From an uncultured virus (IMG/VR IMGVR_UViG_3300038548_000322) (Duplodnaviria > Heunggongvirae > Uroviricota > Caudoviricetes), in the IMG/VR virus record IMGVR_UViG_3300038548_000322: DNA of 64,000 bases, one strand, 5' to 3'. A program made the position numbers and the translations under genes. Under the pieces are notes generated by a model, which was given only the letters and a program-made list of their open reading frames with translations, was not told the origin of the DNA and made no database searches. Positions 28,006 to 38,711 of the stretch are shown here, in pieces (the stretch's first letter is position 1; the number at the start of each line of letters is the position of its first letter).

Positions 28006-28275
28006 CTATCCCATAAAATTTGTAGTTGAAAACAATCTCATTGCCCAGTCTTTCCAGTCGTCGTAATCGTAAGGGTCAGGCACATCTTGCCCCAACGCAT
28101 CGACCCCACCATACACACCGACTGCCCACGCTTGCCACTCCGCAGCATCATCCAAGCGTGGGTAATTAGGATCCGATCCGCTCAGCTCGTCAGAGAAAAA
28201 ACCCAGCTCACCAGTCATCCGGTCAGCCCACTGAATCACCTCAGTGTCAGCGAAGCCTCGGGGATCGATGATCAT
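28006..28275 (-). CDS. Trp-rich hypothetical virion-block protein
   Basis: WQAWA...PDPYDYDDWKDWA; coupled. Confidence 0.65.
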   Translation of the reverse strand: MIIDPRGFADTEVIQWADRMTGELGFFSDELSGSDPNYPRLDDAAEWQAWAVGVYGGVDALGQDVPDPYDYDDWKDWAMRLFSTTNFMG

Positions 28276-29816
28276 GTCTCGACCCTTCCGTCAGCAGGCC
28301 CGATGTGGGCGTACGTCTTGCCCAGCTCGTAGTTGCCGCCTGCTACGTTCGATTCAAACTTGAAACTCATCAGCCGCTTGATCTCTTTAAACTTAACAGT
28401 CTCCTCGTCGGAGGAGGAGGGTGTAGCAAAAATTGTCTCAGTCGCTCCGTCCACCACATCAGCTTTCGCGTTGGCACGTCCACGTACCTGCAGGGTCATG
28501 TCACCCGACTGCACCAAGTCAGGCTCGACGCGTGCAACGTGCAAGGATTTGTCCGCTATGTTCTGGTCGAGCAGTGCAAACTCATGCGTCTCGAACGACG
28601 AGCGCACCGCACTGATGCTGCTCAGGCGAATCTTGTCGAACGCAGTCTCGTGCTGCCACAACGTACGACCGTTTGCCGTGACTTCGTTGTCCACCATGAA
28701 GGGACGTTGATACACGTCAGCGTAGATGCCTGCGCATCGTCCTTGGTTGAGGTCGTCGCTGTCAGGTAACGGTGTGTCGAACCAGTAACCTTCACGCACG
28801 TTGAAGACCACAGCGTGCGTGCACTCGGTCGCACTGCCTCTTGGGTAGCACCACCACAGCTCACCGTAGCGTGGGATCTTCATGCCGAAACATTTCTGCC
28901 GCTCGCGGAAGTTGATGTTGTCGAAAAAGAAATTCTGATTCATGTTGTTTGGAATCTCTCGCACGACACCGTTGAACATGTACCACCGATCCACACCGGG
29001 CCAGTAGTAAATGCCGTCCATCTCGACGACACCCTGCGAACTCATGATGGTTGTGCCACGAGCAATGACGTCGTACGCGAAGTCGGGGGGACCACTTGGA
29101 ATGAAGGTGGCCCGAATGACAATATCGAGACCCCAGAACAGTGCAGCAGGACCTTGCCCAGCTCCACGCAGCGGCATGCCCTTCACGATCTTCTGGGAAC
29201 CGATGTTGACAGCAACTGGTTGCAGGGTGAGGTTGTTGGCTACCGACTGCACGATGAGTCCGTCACTACCGTAAGTCCACGTGTACACACCGCTGGTCAG
29301 GACACCACCACTGGTTGCTTCCGCACCGTTCCAGTCGGCGTGTAAGCCAACCGTGTCGAGTACGGTCGTCGCAACGAGGGTGTCGATGTACAGCGTACCG
29401 TTGACAGAGTTGTCGATGTTCTGGGCGTTCTCTGCAGCGTGCGCCATCAGTACATGATTAGGAGTGCCACTGGTGTCAGCGAAGATGTCGAACTGCCACA
29501 GGTTGTTGAGATCTGCATTGAATCCTACGGGCGTGCGATCACTGAACAAGTTGAGCGAACCGTTCGACACTTGGTACTGACCGATGGTGTTTGGGTGACC
29601 GAGGTGTAAGAACTGAATGTTATCCTGTGAAAATGAAGCCATGCCGCGAGTAATCTCGGGCACCGTGTCGGTGACCTGCTGATAGCCGCCAATCTTTTTC
29701 GGTTTGCCACGCTGGAACCTGCACCACTCGCCATCGACGTAGTGTTCGCTATCGAAACGCGTGCCGTCCCGTTTGATACCGGGAGCAGACGCTAGCATTG
29801 CAGGTTGTTCAGCCAT
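28272..29816 (-). CDS. tail nozzle/stabilisation protein (P22 gp10-like)
   Basis: PGIKRDGT...RFQRGKPKKIGG, beta-rich, ELWWCYP; position before ejection genes. Confidence 0.65.
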   Translation of the reverse strand: MAEQPAMLASAPGIKRDGTRFDSEHYVDGEWCRFQRGKPKKIGGYQQVTDTVPEITRGMASFSQDNIQFLHLGHPNTIGQYQVSNGSLNLFSDRTPVGFNADLNNLWQFDIFADTSGTPNHVLMAHAAENAQNIDNSVNGTLYIDTLVATTVLDTVGLHADWNGAEATSGGVLTSGVYTWTYGSDGLIVQSVANNLTLQPVAVNIGSQKIVKGMPLRGAGQGPAALFWGLDIVIRATFIPSGPPDFAYDVIARGTTIMSSQGVVEMDGIYYWPGVDRWYMFNGVVREIPNNMNQNFFFDNINFRERQKCFGMKIPRYGELWWCYPRGSATECTHAVVFNVREGYWFDTPLPDSDDLNQGRCAGIYADVYQRPFMVDNEVTANGRTLWQHETAFDKIRLSSISAVRSSFETHEFALLDQNIADKSLHVARVEPDLVQSGDMTLQVRGRANAKADVVDGATETIFATPSSSDEETVKFKEIKRLMSFKFESNVAGGNYELGKTYAHIGPADGRVET

Positions 29817-29820
29817 TCAA

Positions 29821-32115
29821 TTACTCAATAAGTACGGGGCAAATTGTCATCCAGCCACCGCTGTTGCGAGAAACCGTGTCGATCTGGTTAACCGTTGGCC
29901 TCCAGCGGAAGTCGAACGTCGAAGAAAAGTTATCGAATCTGGCGTATCCGGTGATGCGCAAGTAGGTGCGCTCTCCAGCTGACCCCAAGGTGAGTGACTG
30001 GTTGGTTGCTGCGTCGTCGCTTGCACCTGCACCGCTAGGTGTACCGTCGGCAGTGCGGAAGTCATAGATGTAGCTGCACTCAATAATGTTGGTGCCGTCG
30101 AAGTCAAACTCGATCTGAGCCGTGCCGCCCACTTTAGAGAACGAGGCGTAGACCTCGAACTTGACATAGCCTTGGCGTCTGACAAAGCCTGCGACCAGAC
30201 GGTTGTCCGCTGCCATCGTGGTGGTCAGGCTGCGGTCGTCCGCGATGCCACCTGTCATGGCGTGATCGATGTAAGTCAGCACGCGTTCGTTGGAACCTGT
30301 ACCCGTCGTGTTGTTGTTAACGAGGAAGCCACCGCTAGTGCCGAAGTACGGATAGGCTGCACCACTGACTGCTGCGGAGCGGGCAACAGGTACGTTGCCG
30401 AAGTTCAGCTGTACGCTACCATCGGATGTGATCAGGTCGATATAAGTTTTGACGAATCCACCAGTGTTAAAGGTGTCATTGATTCTCCCGTCACCAGAAG
30501 CGTCTAGAATCTCAAGTTCGATACCTCCTCGGAAGTTCAACACTTTCAGCTGGATGGCAATGTCAGAATTCTCACCGTAGTGGAATGGACCTGCACCCAA
30601 GAATTCCATCTGGGTGCCATCCCATTGGAACTGGATGTCATTACCGGTGCCGAATCGAATCTGTTCATTGTCCAGCAGGATCAGCGGTGCGCCGATGGTG
30701 ATCGTCTTATCGGTACCTCCTCCTGACGCTGTGACAAATCCACCAACGAAGTCGAGAACCTGTGCTTGTGTCGCCAGAGGTACCCCTTCATCTTCGATAG
30801 TGACTCCGCCCAGTGCGAGGATGTCAGTGAGCGTCGCTTTGATATTGATGTCAGCACCATCGACATCTTGTAAGACCATGAAGTCGCCGAGTGCCGGAGC
30901 AACTGCACCGATGCTTGCAAGATTGAAATCGAACGTGCGTGGAGTGGATGATAGATCTCCACCTCCAACCATGCCGTCGCCCGCTATCAGGTCGAACGTC
31001 TCAGCGACAGCCCCCAAGTTTACAAGCGCTGTTGGTGCATCGGTTGCACTCGTGCCCCCCTGACCAATGGTGATCGGGAACGCCACACTGGTGGATGACG
31101 TCGCGTTGATCACGTCGGTAGCATCGCAGTAAACGATTACGCTCTGCCCTTGCGGGATGGTTATCCCTGCACCAGCAGCTGTGGAAACCTCCAGCGAGAA
31201 GGCACCACTCGTCTGGTTATCTGCCCAGTACTGCTGCGTCGTATTCGGTACGACGATGCGTCGGTTACCCGTCAGTGCGCCCGTAAATCTATACGAGATC
31301 CTGTCGAGGTTTGCACCGGAGAGTACGAAGTCACCAGAGCCCGGTACCGCAAGCGACACGAAGTCGAACGCAATGGTCGAGGCAACAGTGAGTCCGATGG
31401 TGAAAAAGTCAGTGCCGTCTGTGAAGATAAACGTACTACCATTCGGATCGAGGTTGAGACTCGACGCTCCATCGATGTCGCCAGACGGGGGCACGATGTT
31501 AAGCGTACCGCTGCCTGCGTTGCGCAGCATGAAGAACCAGTTGTTGAAAACCACTCCCGGTGATGGCAAGTTACATGTGCCTGCACCTGCCGTGTAAATC
31601 AGGCACTTCGCTCGATCACCATTGACCACAGTGAAAGGTGTTCCAGCCTCGACATCCGAATCAATGATCTGGTCCAGCTGAATACCAAAAGGTCTGAGAC
31701 CATCACCTGCTAACGCAGAGGCAGACGCTTGGGTAGCTGCATTGCCACCCAGTTGGAAAGTTGTCCACACACCCATATCGGTCGAGTTGTCCGTGAGCAC
31801 GATGACCCACTGCTCACCGGGCTGCACGGATTGAATCGTGCCGCCTGTGTTGTCGCGCACGGTGAAGACGTTGACGCCTCCCACGTTGTTGAACGTCGCT
31901 TTGTTACCCAGCGAGGTGTTCCTCGCGTCAGGCATGTCGATGTTGAGTCCACCAGCTGTGGTATTGACATCGATGATGTCTGCAACGACGTCTCCGCCTG
32001 TGATCTGTTGCTCAGTCGGCCATTGCAAGACAACATCGATGGCTGTGGTGAGTGCGAGATAAGTGACCCTCGATGGGAAGATCAAATTGCCGCCAAATAC
32101 GTCGGAGTAACCCAT
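29821..32115 (-). CDS. tail fibre-like protein
   Basis: G/T/S-rich; ITIGQGGTSAT; modules shared with the other fibres. Confidence 0.7.
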   Translation of the reverse strand: MGYSDVFGGNLIFPSRVTYLALTTAIDVVLQWPTEQQITGGDVVADIIDVNTTAGGLNIDMPDARNTSLGNKATFNNVGGVNVFTVRDNTGGTIQSVQPGEQWVIVLTDNSTDMGVWTTFQLGGNAATQASASALAGDGLRPFGIQLDQIIDSDVEAGTPFTVVNGDRAKCLIYTAGAGTCNLPSPGVVFNNWFFMLRNAGSGTLNIVPPSGDIDGASSLNLDPNGSTFIFTDGTDFFTIGLTVASTIAFDFVSLAVPGSGDFVLSGANLDRISYRFTGALTGNRRIVVPNTTQQYWADNQTSGAFSLEVSTAAGAGITIPQGQSVIVYCDATDVINATSSTSVAFPITIGQGGTSATDAPTALVNLGAVAETFDLIAGDGMVGGGDLSSTPRTFDFNLASIGAVAPALGDFMVLQDVDGADINIKATLTDILALGGVTIEDEGVPLATQAQVLDFVGGFVTASGGGTDKTITIGAPLILLDNEQIRFGTGNDIQFQWDGTQMEFLGAGPFHYGENSDIAIQLKVLNFRGGIELEILDASGDGRINDTFNTGGFVKTYIDLITSDGSVQLNFGNVPVARSAAVSGAAYPYFGTSGGFLVNNNTTGTGSNERVLTYIDHAMTGGIADDRSLTTTMAADNRLVAGFVRRQGYVKFEVYASFSKVGGTAQIEFDFDGTNIIECSYIYDFRTADGTPSGAGASDDAATNQSLTLGSAGERTYLRITGYARFDNFSSTFDFRWRPTVNQIDTVSRNSGGWMTICPVLIE

Positions 32116-32759
32116 TAGACTGTGTCCCTAGTAACGTTTCTATCGACGATGCGTTTGATGTCCTGCCCTTCAAGAATTGCAACGTCTTTCTCGTAAATCG
32201 CTTCCCACGTGGGAATGCGTTCGTCGTTCTTTAAAAACGGAGTTGCCTGCAGGAGCGCGCCATGAAGTAGGGCGTTCGGGGCAAAGTCCGACGACCAATT
32301 CGTTTGATTGGTGGCATCCAGAAGTGCAGGCAACTCCCAATAATTGACCTCGAATGGATATGCGAAGTCAGCTGACGGAGCTATCAACCAGTTGAAGTAA
32401 TCGTAGTCAGCATAGAACTTTGGCTGAGCAGTCAAATCTTCATCCGGCCAATAGCGCCGACAGTACTCGTAGCTGCGAGCGAACAGAGGGGTGCGTACCT
32501 GTGTAGTGCCCACACCGAAGTTGATCGAGATGGTATCTCTCCACCTGTCGGGCTTCGGAATTACTGACTGTCCAACACCCAGCGTATCCGTGACCACAGT
32601 CACGAATCCGAGGATCTTTAACCGGTTTGCCAGCTCACGCTCAGCCAGATTGATCAGGCTGGGCAGCTGTTCAAACACAGTAGGATCGACAGCCGTGCCT
32701 CGCTCCAAATATGCACGGAGATCAGCAAGAAGCGAGTCGAATGTCATTGAGACAGCCAT
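32115..32759 (-). CDS. head-tail adaptor / tail tubular protein A-like
   Basis: LINLAERE, PKFYADY, IAPSAD..Y, NW...APNALLHGAL, PFLKNDERI. Confidence 0.7.
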   Translation of the reverse strand: MAVSMTFDSLLADLRAYLERGTAVDPTVFEQLPSLINLAERELANRLKILGFVTVVTDTLGVGQSVIPKPDRWRDTISINFGVGTTQVRTPLFARSYEYCRRYWPDEDLTAQPKFYADYDYFNWLIAPSADFAYPFEVNYWELPALLDATNQTNWSSDFAPNALLHGALLQATPFLKNDERIPTWEAIYEKDVAILEGQDIKRIVDRNVTRDTV

Positions 32760-32769
32760 TAGCTACTCC

Positions 32770-33210
32770 TCACCCTGTTACGGGTGGATCTTCTTCTTCA
32801 GGTGGATCGACCGGCTCTTCAGTCGGTGTTTCCACTGCGGGTGAAGCTGGTTCAGAGTCAACGGGGTCGGTTGGTACTTCGTCGTCCACAGTTTCTTCTG
32901 GCTCTTCTTCTTCAAGAAGCTCCTCCTTCGCTGCCTGCAAACGTGCGTGCGCGTCGTCAGACCTTGCGCGCATGACATCCCATTCACCGGGGGAGGGTTC
33001 TCTGCCTTTTGCAGCCATCTCTTCGATGAGTGAAGTGAACTCCTTGAGATCGTCGAGCGCATCGTCACCCTGTGAAATTAGAGCGCCGAGTATGCCGAGT
33101 AGCTCGGAGGCTTGGCCCAGTTTTAGGCTGCTGCCACCACCCAATGCAGGGTTGGACAACACCGTACTCAGACCGTTGATTGCGAGTATTGCTAGTGAAA
33201 TTGGATCCAT
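32770..33210 (-). CDS. hypothetical protein in the lysis cassette (hydrophobic N-terminus, acidic tail)
   Basis: 146 aa; follows the lipoprotein gene. Confidence 0.6.
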   Translation of the reverse strand: MDPISLAILAINGLSTVLSNPALGGGSSLKLGQASELLGILGALISQGDDALDDLKEFTSLIEEMAAKGREPSPGEWDVMRARSDDAHARLQAAKEELLEEEEPEETVDDEVPTDPVDSEPASPAVETPTEEPVDPPEEEDPPVTG

Positions 33211-33212
33211 TG

Positions 33213-33623
33213 TTATTGTGCTCCTTTGATGTTTCGAATTAATTCATTCATCAGGGGAGCCAACTCTGAGATCCAACTGTTAAGTTCCCTCGACGCAATA
33301 GCAAACTGTTGTTCGCTTGTTTCTCCTGCGTCGAATTCAGCTTTCACAATTAAAAACGCGGTGTAGGCAACTAATAAACTGTCGGCCACCGGCTTCGCTC
33401 GTTCCTCTGCCTGAATGATGCGTAATTTGACACCGCGAGGGATGGCAGGATCTTCAACAAGATCAGCAGCCGTCTCCTGTAAAATGACAAACGTGCCGTA
33501 AGCAGCAAACGCTCGCTGCTCTGGCGTTTCCGCTGCCGCAATAGGATTAGCGGACTGACACCCTGCAAGAGCAAAGAGCCAGAGCATCAACCATGCGTAG
33601 CGGTAGTCGAGTTTCCTCACCAT
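33213..33623 (-). CDS. lipoprotein, possibly a spanin
   Basis: Signal peptide with lipobox LAGC; follows holin and endolysin. Confidence 0.6.
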   Translation of the reverse strand: MVRKLDYRYAWLMLWLFALAGCQSANPIAAAETPEQRAFAAYGTFVILQETAADLVEDPAIPRGVKLRIIQAEERAKPVADSLLVAYTAFLIVKAEFDAGETSEQQFAIASRELNSWISELAPLMNELIRNIKGAQ

Positions 33624-33624
33624 A

Positions 33625-33855
33625 CTAAATACCTCCATCTCCAGTGCCTGAGATTTTATTCACCGTACGCCGCACCGTGAGCGCTTGGTAATCTTTGAAA
33701 AATGCTACTGCTGCACCACCGACAAGAGAGACCCACGTTGCCGTTGTTAGATCGGCAAACGTCAGATCTGGATTGCTAGTGAACAGCGTTACGACGCTTG
33801 ATCCAAACAGAATCAGCGCTGCAATGAGTGCCCCTGTGAGAGTGTTAATGTTCAT
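33625..33855 (-). CDS. holin
   Basis: Two hydrophobic helices, basic C-terminus, next to the endolysin. Confidence 0.65.
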   Translation of the reverse strand: MNINTLTGALIAALILFGSSVVTLFTSNPDLTFADLTTATWVSLVGGAAVAFFKDYQALTVRRTVNKISGTGDGGI

Positions 33856-34303
33856 GACCTTTCCTCCAGCTATTGATGTACTCGTCCGTCGTGCCACGTC
33901 CGAGATCTGTGTTGTAGTGCTCCTTCCAGTAAGTAGCCTGATGTTTCAGGTCACCTGCTTGCGGAAGCGGAGCGCGCACACGCCTGTAATGCACACGACA
34001 CATCGCAACTGCGTACTTCAAATTCCAGATCAACTCTCGCGAATCCGGACCTCCGATTTCAGACACAGCTGCTGCTAGCCTGTCACGGTACTGTAGGTAG
34101 TTATTCCAGATGTCATCATGCGTTGCGGGTTCCATCTGGCACACGCCCAACGCTGGACCGCTGCCCAGCTGCTTGATGTAAATAAGTCTCGACTCTTGAA
34201 GACATGTGCCCAGCACCAGCTCGGAAGCTGCTGTCGAGTACAGGCCCAAATCTTCGAGAGTCGGCTCGATGATCAGGTCAATAAATTGTTCGCGATCAAT
34301 CAC
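33845..34303 (-). CDS. endolysin (lysozyme-like/transglycosylase fold)
   Basis: LGTCLQES...GPALGVCQMEPAT...YWKEHYNT. Confidence 0.75.
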   Translation of the reverse strand: MIDREQFIDLIIEPTLEDLGLYSTAASELVLGTCLQESRLIYIKQLGSGPALGVCQMEPATHDDIWNNYLQYRDRLAAAVSEIGGPDSRELIWNLKYAVAMCRVHYRRVRAPLPQAGDLKHQATYWKEHYNTDLGRGTTDEYINSWRKGHEH

Positions 34304-34647
34304 GAAGTGTTATCCGTTTTCAATTCTGCTCTCGCTTCTTGCAACGCTTCCAGCTCGATCTCCAGATCAGCCAGATACTCTGCGTCGTCTTGTTCCCAGT
34401 CCGTGTCCTGACGCTGCCGGAACTTCAGCGCTGCGATCTCTTTACGCAACGAATTGATGTCACGTGTCAGCAGCACCGAGAATGCAGACTTAATTGGTTG
34501 CGCTTGGTCTTGTGCAATCTGCTTAAAGTCTTCAGCCAACGATGCAGAGATGAGTGGCTTGCCGACGTACCACAGAACAGGGATCACGACCGCGAGAGAC
34601 GCAACGGTGCTAAAAATTGTGCTTATTGAAACTTCTCTCGCAGCCAT
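34300..34647 (-). CDS. membrane-anchored coiled-coil protein
   Basis: N-terminal TM segment then coiled coil; lysis cassette. Confidence 0.6.
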   Translation of the reverse strand: MAAREVSISTIFSTVASLAVVIPVLWYVGKPLISASLAEDFKQIAQDQAQPIKSAFSVLLTRDINSLRKEIAALKFRQRQDTDWEQDDAEYLADLEIELEALQEARAELKTDNTS

Positions 34648-34658
34648 AATCCTATCCC

Positions 34659-34976
34659 TTATGCCTCAGGCTTCGGGTCTTCACCGCTTTCGTTTGCGGC
34701 GCTTGCCTCCGCCCCGCTTTGGTCTTGGTCCCCTTGGGGTGGGGTTTCCACGGGAGCCATGGCGGGCTTTGGGCCACCCCCTCCAATATTTTCCTGCGGA
34801 GGAGGTCCAAGCACCACTTCACCATTCGCTATCGCTTGCAACATCCCTTCGAGAACACCCAGTGCTCCAGACTTCGCTACCTTCAGCGGCACCGGGAGAT
34901 CATCCACTTGCAACAGCGTCACACCTGCTGCTGCAGCCATTTGAACCTGAACTGCTGTTACTTCTTGCTTTGCCAT
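34659..34976 (-). CDS. hypothetical protein
   Basis: AGGAG RBS; 105 aa. Confidence 0.6.
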   Translation of the reverse strand: MAKQEVTAVQVQMAAAAGVTLLQVDDLPVPLKVAKSGALGVLEGMLQAIANGEVVLGPPPQENIGGGGPKPAMAPVETPPQGDQDQSGAEASAANESGEDPKPEA

Positions 34977-35013
34977 TTTTCCTTCTCCTAATTATCCACT
35001 TTCGTGGTTTGTG

Positions 35014-37170
35014 TTATTCCCTGATCAACTGCGCGGTCAGACTCGACGTGTTGTTGATTGAAAGATCGTTTGCATTGCTGCTTTGCTGCGCCCACTGGAA
35101 GGACAAGACGCCAGCAACTGTGACCACTGCGACACCCTCGATGTCGAGGTAGTCCGAAGCTCCTACCGTCGTGATGGTTGCGTAGTTCGACGTTGAATTG
35201 AAAAACGTTGGATTACGTTGAGCGTCCGCACCGTTGATCCTGTTCTGCTGTATGAAGCGCGTTCGAGCAATGCTGCCTGTGAAGTTCAGCCGGTACTGTA
35301 TGCCCATGCCGCCAGCCGTGTTAGCCGAGAGAATGGCTATGAGGTGGATCCTGTACGTGCCGACAGGCAACGTCATCGTAAGTTCGGCGTCATCGGATAA
35401 GACAATGTCGGTGTTCGTACTCTCAGTAGTCGCCTTCTCCCTCGCAACGCTGAACCCACTTACTACAAAATCATTGCCGGTGTCATCGGTGAACATGAGC
35501 GTGTTGGGATTGTCGTTGCGCACCCAGACCTGACCATCACCCAGTACGTCTGCCTCAGCCGCTGCCTGTTCTCCAATGAAAATGGGAGGGCAAACGAGTT
35601 TCGCGAAGCTGCTCTGTGCGATTTCGAAGATACCCGAACCGAAGTCTGCACCTGCAATACCCCATTGAAGTGTTGGTCCGAGATTCTGTACAAACGTTGC
35701 TGAGTTGTCGGAAGGATTGCGGAAGTGTATAGCTGTGCTGACACCAAGCTTCAGATCAAATACCGCATTGTCAAACGTCCAGTCGCCTGTGATCGTCTGG
35801 TTAGCCGCAGGATCGAAGCTGGTACTAAGATCAGCTGTGGTCAGTACGCGTTCAAGGCCTGCACCAGTATTTAAGTTGTTAGCGAGGAAGCCACCGTCTG
35901 CTGCGGCAGCAGTCTCAGCTACGGTCGTACCTACCTGAGCGTGTTGGAATCTGACTGCAACGCCGAAATCTACTTCGACCTGCGCACCGTTCAGGCCACC
36001 GATAATTACATTGCTACCTGCGGTACCGGCACCATTGATGTTGATAAATAATGTAGCGTTGAAGCCGCCCGAACTTTGTCGAGTCTGAATATTCTGACGG
36101 TTGATCTGCATCATGCCCATCGTGCCAGTCAGGTTAGGACCGATATTCAAAGCAACGTTGGCGTACGGAGAAATCGTTTGACTGACTGACTCTGAACTCG
36201 TGGCGTTAATCGAAGCAATGATCAGTGGGTCTGGGATTGCTCCTCCTGCAGCGACATAATTTCCCTCTTCGTTGAGGAAGTCAGTCGCAACGCCAGCATT
36301 TGATAACGAGACTCCGTTGACCGACACGCCCGTGATCGCAGCATCAAGGTTAACGATAGGATTGACCGGGTCGGCGACATTGACACTGATGTTCGTGCCA
36401 CCAACAACCGAATCCACCTGACCACCCGGCACTACGAGGTCACCTATGGTCAGAACACGTTCCAGACCAGCACCGGTCAATGTGTTGTTGACTGACAAGC
36501 CACCAGCTGCAGGAGCGAGCGACAATGCAATGGTATCCAAGCCACCTCTGAGAAGACTGACCTCTGCGCCTGAGCGAAGTTGTGAATCTGCTCCACCCGT
36601 TCCACCAAAGAATGCTGTGCCGTCATCCTGAATGCGGATCAAGTCGTTGCCGCCAACTTGCACGACGTACTGATACGCACCACCACCGAGATTGCTCGAC
36701 TCCAAGCTCACGTCACCGTTCAGGGCTCGCAACAGCAAGCCAGCACTTGCAACGATTTGGTAATTACTCTGAAGCTGATTCAATCCAATGTTAATTAGGA
36801 GATCACCACCAGTGTCTTCCCAGTTCACACCGTCAACATTGAACAGCAAGTCGCCGGTTGCTTGCCCAGTGAGATCAACGTCGCTTAATGCAGCGAGTGT
36901 AGTAACACCTCCGGGGATCGTGATTGTCTTGGTACTTCCTACACCGCTCGCTGCTACACCAGCACCGACAAAGTCCAACGTGGTGGCTCCACCCGCAAGC
37001 GGTACGCCTTCGTCCTCAACGATGATCGATGCAAGTAGTGCCAAATCGTCAGACGCAACTTTACGGCTGACTGTCTCGCCACCTTCAATGGTCTGCACCT
37101 CGAAGAAACTGTTCGGTCCATCCAACGGCAACGTCGCAAGGGGCAGACTTGAAATTGCTATGTTAGGCAT
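35014..37170 (-). CDS. tail fibre-like protein
   Basis: MPNIAISSLP start, LAALSDVDL repeat, shared modules. Confidence 0.7.
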   Translation of the reverse strand: MPNIAISSLPLATLPLDGPNSFFEVQTIEGGETVSRKVASDDLALLASIIVEDEGVPLAGGATTLDFVGAGVAASGVGSTKTITIPGGVTTLAALSDVDLTGQATGDLLFNVDGVNWEDTGGDLLINIGLNQLQSNYQIVASAGLLLRALNGDVSLESSNLGGGAYQYVVQVGGNDLIRIQDDGTAFFGGTGGADSQLRSGAEVSLLRGGLDTIALSLAPAAGGLSVNNTLTGAGLERVLTIGDLVVPGGQVDSVVGGTNISVNVADPVNPIVNLDAAITGVSVNGVSLSNAGVATDFLNEEGNYVAAGGAIPDPLIIASINATSSESVSQTISPYANVALNIGPNLTGTMGMMQINRQNIQTRQSSGGFNATLFININGAGTAGSNVIIGGLNGAQVEVDFGVAVRFQHAQVGTTVAETAAAADGGFLANNLNTGAGLERVLTTADLSTSFDPAANQTITGDWTFDNAVFDLKLGVSTAIHFRNPSDNSATFVQNLGPTLQWGIAGADFGSGIFEIAQSSFAKLVCPPIFIGEQAAAEADVLGDGQVWVRNDNPNTLMFTDDTGNDFVVSGFSVAREKATTESTNTDIVLSDDAELTMTLPVGTYRIHLIAILSANTAGGMGIQYRLNFTGSIARTRFIQQNRINGADAQRNPTFFNSTSNYATITTVGASDYLDIEGVAVVTVAGVLSFQWAQQSSNANDLSINNTSSLTAQLIRE

Positions 37171-37528
37171 TATTGGCTTCCTCGTTTCCGGCAATTTCCG
37201 ATGGTTCAAGCACACGTAGCCTGCCGTCTTCCGTCACACGTGGACTTGTACCGGGAGCGTCACGCACACCACCGATGAAGTTCACATTCGGGTCCGGACC
37301 TCCTGTCGTCAGGTCTTGGTCGGGTCGATAGAACGGCAGCGTGATGCGATCTGCCTGACGTGGAGCCAGACGATACGGATCGTAATCATCGAGGTCATCG
37401 ATGCAGACCTTAATCCCCGGACTGTTCGGGTCCGAGTGCAGGTCTTCCAGAAAAAACTTGCAACTACATCGGGCACAGATCCCGATGCCGAACGTTGTTT
37501 TCCCAGTTGGATCTAAAAAAATTGGCAT
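37163..37528 (-). CDS. Cys-motif virion-block protein
   Basis: GICARC...VC...D. Confidence 0.65.
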   Translation of the reverse strand: MPIFLDPTGKTTFGIGICARCSCKFFLEDLHSDPNSPGIKVCIDDLDDYDPYRLAPRQADRITLPFYRPDQDLTTGGPDPNVNFIGGVRDAPGTSPRVTEDGRLRVLEPSEIAGNEEANNA

Positions 37529-37530
37529 GC

Positions 37531-38598
37531 TTACCTCGTGTACGGTGCAATGTTAGGACGCAAGTAGGCTTCCGACTCGTCGGTCTCACCTGTCCATGCG
37601 TCTTTCAAATATTTTTCTGCGTCGGTGTCGATGAACGGCAACTGTGAGACGTCCACCTCTTTAATCTCGCGACTCAGCTGTCGAGCAAGTTCACAAATAA
37701 TTGCAAGGTACCAACGATCAGGCACCTCCAGTTCGTCTGTCAGTGCACCGACGTCCTGCAACTGTCGCTGCACGAAACCTGTGATCTGATCGAATGTAAA
37801 TTCTGCACCGGGGCTCGGCCACAACTCGATCTCCGGTCGTATGCGTCGCTTGTCGTACCAGAACTGTGTCGGTCGGCCAGTGCTTGCCTTGTCAGGCAGG
37901 TTGGCGTAGTCATTCCGATTGAGTTTGTACATCGGAATTTCGTTGGGCTTGTTCTGGTAGACCAACTCAATCACATCGAGCACCGTAGTACCGGTCGCAC
38001 GCAGTCGCCATGAATCGAATTCCACGACGCGAGTAGGTGCCTGCACATCTTCCCAGATCCACTCATTAGCAACGACTTCCTGTTCGGTACGCGTGATGTA
38101 AGGAGTTGCCGTCACGAAGTTATCGTTCGACGCTTCGATCACATAGTCCCACGTCCCAGAGACGTTGGGCATGATGCCAAAGGTACTGATTGCCATCGCA
38201 CTGTCGAGCAACATGGTGATCGTGCCCAGTGCTGCCAGCTGTGTGCACGCTGTGGTCAGGTCTCCATCGAACGCATTACCAGCTACACCTTCCGATGCAG
38301 TTGCGTCGCCAGTGAGTCGGTTCTGATTCCGCAGGTTGATCGTGTACGTGTCCACGGTACCGAGAGGACACGGCACCGTCTGGTTGCGTTCGTAGATCGG
38401 CAGGATGATCGGATCCACATTCCACAGCTTGATGCCCTTGTTGCTGAGCGTCATGGTAAACAACCACAGCAGGTCGAGAGCAATCGTCAGATGCTCACCT
38501 GTGATCTGTTGCTCAACCATCTTGCAACGCCGGAAGGCGTGGTCGATGATTTGCTGGTTCAAGAAAACTGTTGAACCGACTGTTCCTGTTGTTGGCAT
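37531..38598 (-). CDS. structural protein (adaptor/neck-like)
   Basis: MPTTGT...AFRRC...NKGIKLW...YANLPDK...GRPTQFW...WPSP. Confidence 0.65.
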   Translation of the reverse strand: MPTTGTVGSTVFLNQQIIDHAFRRCKMVEQQITGEHLTIALDLLWLFTMTLSNKGIKLWNVDPIILPIYERNQTVPCPLGTVDTYTINLRNQNRLTGDATASEGVAGNAFDGDLTTACTQLAALGTITMLLDSAMAISTFGIMPNVSGTWDYVIEASNDNFVTATPYITRTEQEVVANEWIWEDVQAPTRVVEFDSWRLRATGTTVLDVIELVYQNKPNEIPMYKLNRNDYANLPDKASTGRPTQFWYDKRRIRPEIELWPSPGAEFTFDQITGFVQRQLQDVGALTDELEVPDRWYLAIICELARQLSREIKEVDVSQLPFIDTDAEKYLKDAWTGETDESEAYLRPNIAPYTR

Positions 38599-38711
38599 CT
38601 ATCTCGCTCCGCGTGTACGCATTCCTCGTCCACCGCTTGGACGTTGCTGATGTCCGCGAGGGCGAGGAGCCTTGATGTGCTTATCCATTACATCCTCAGC
38701 TTCCCGCCTCG

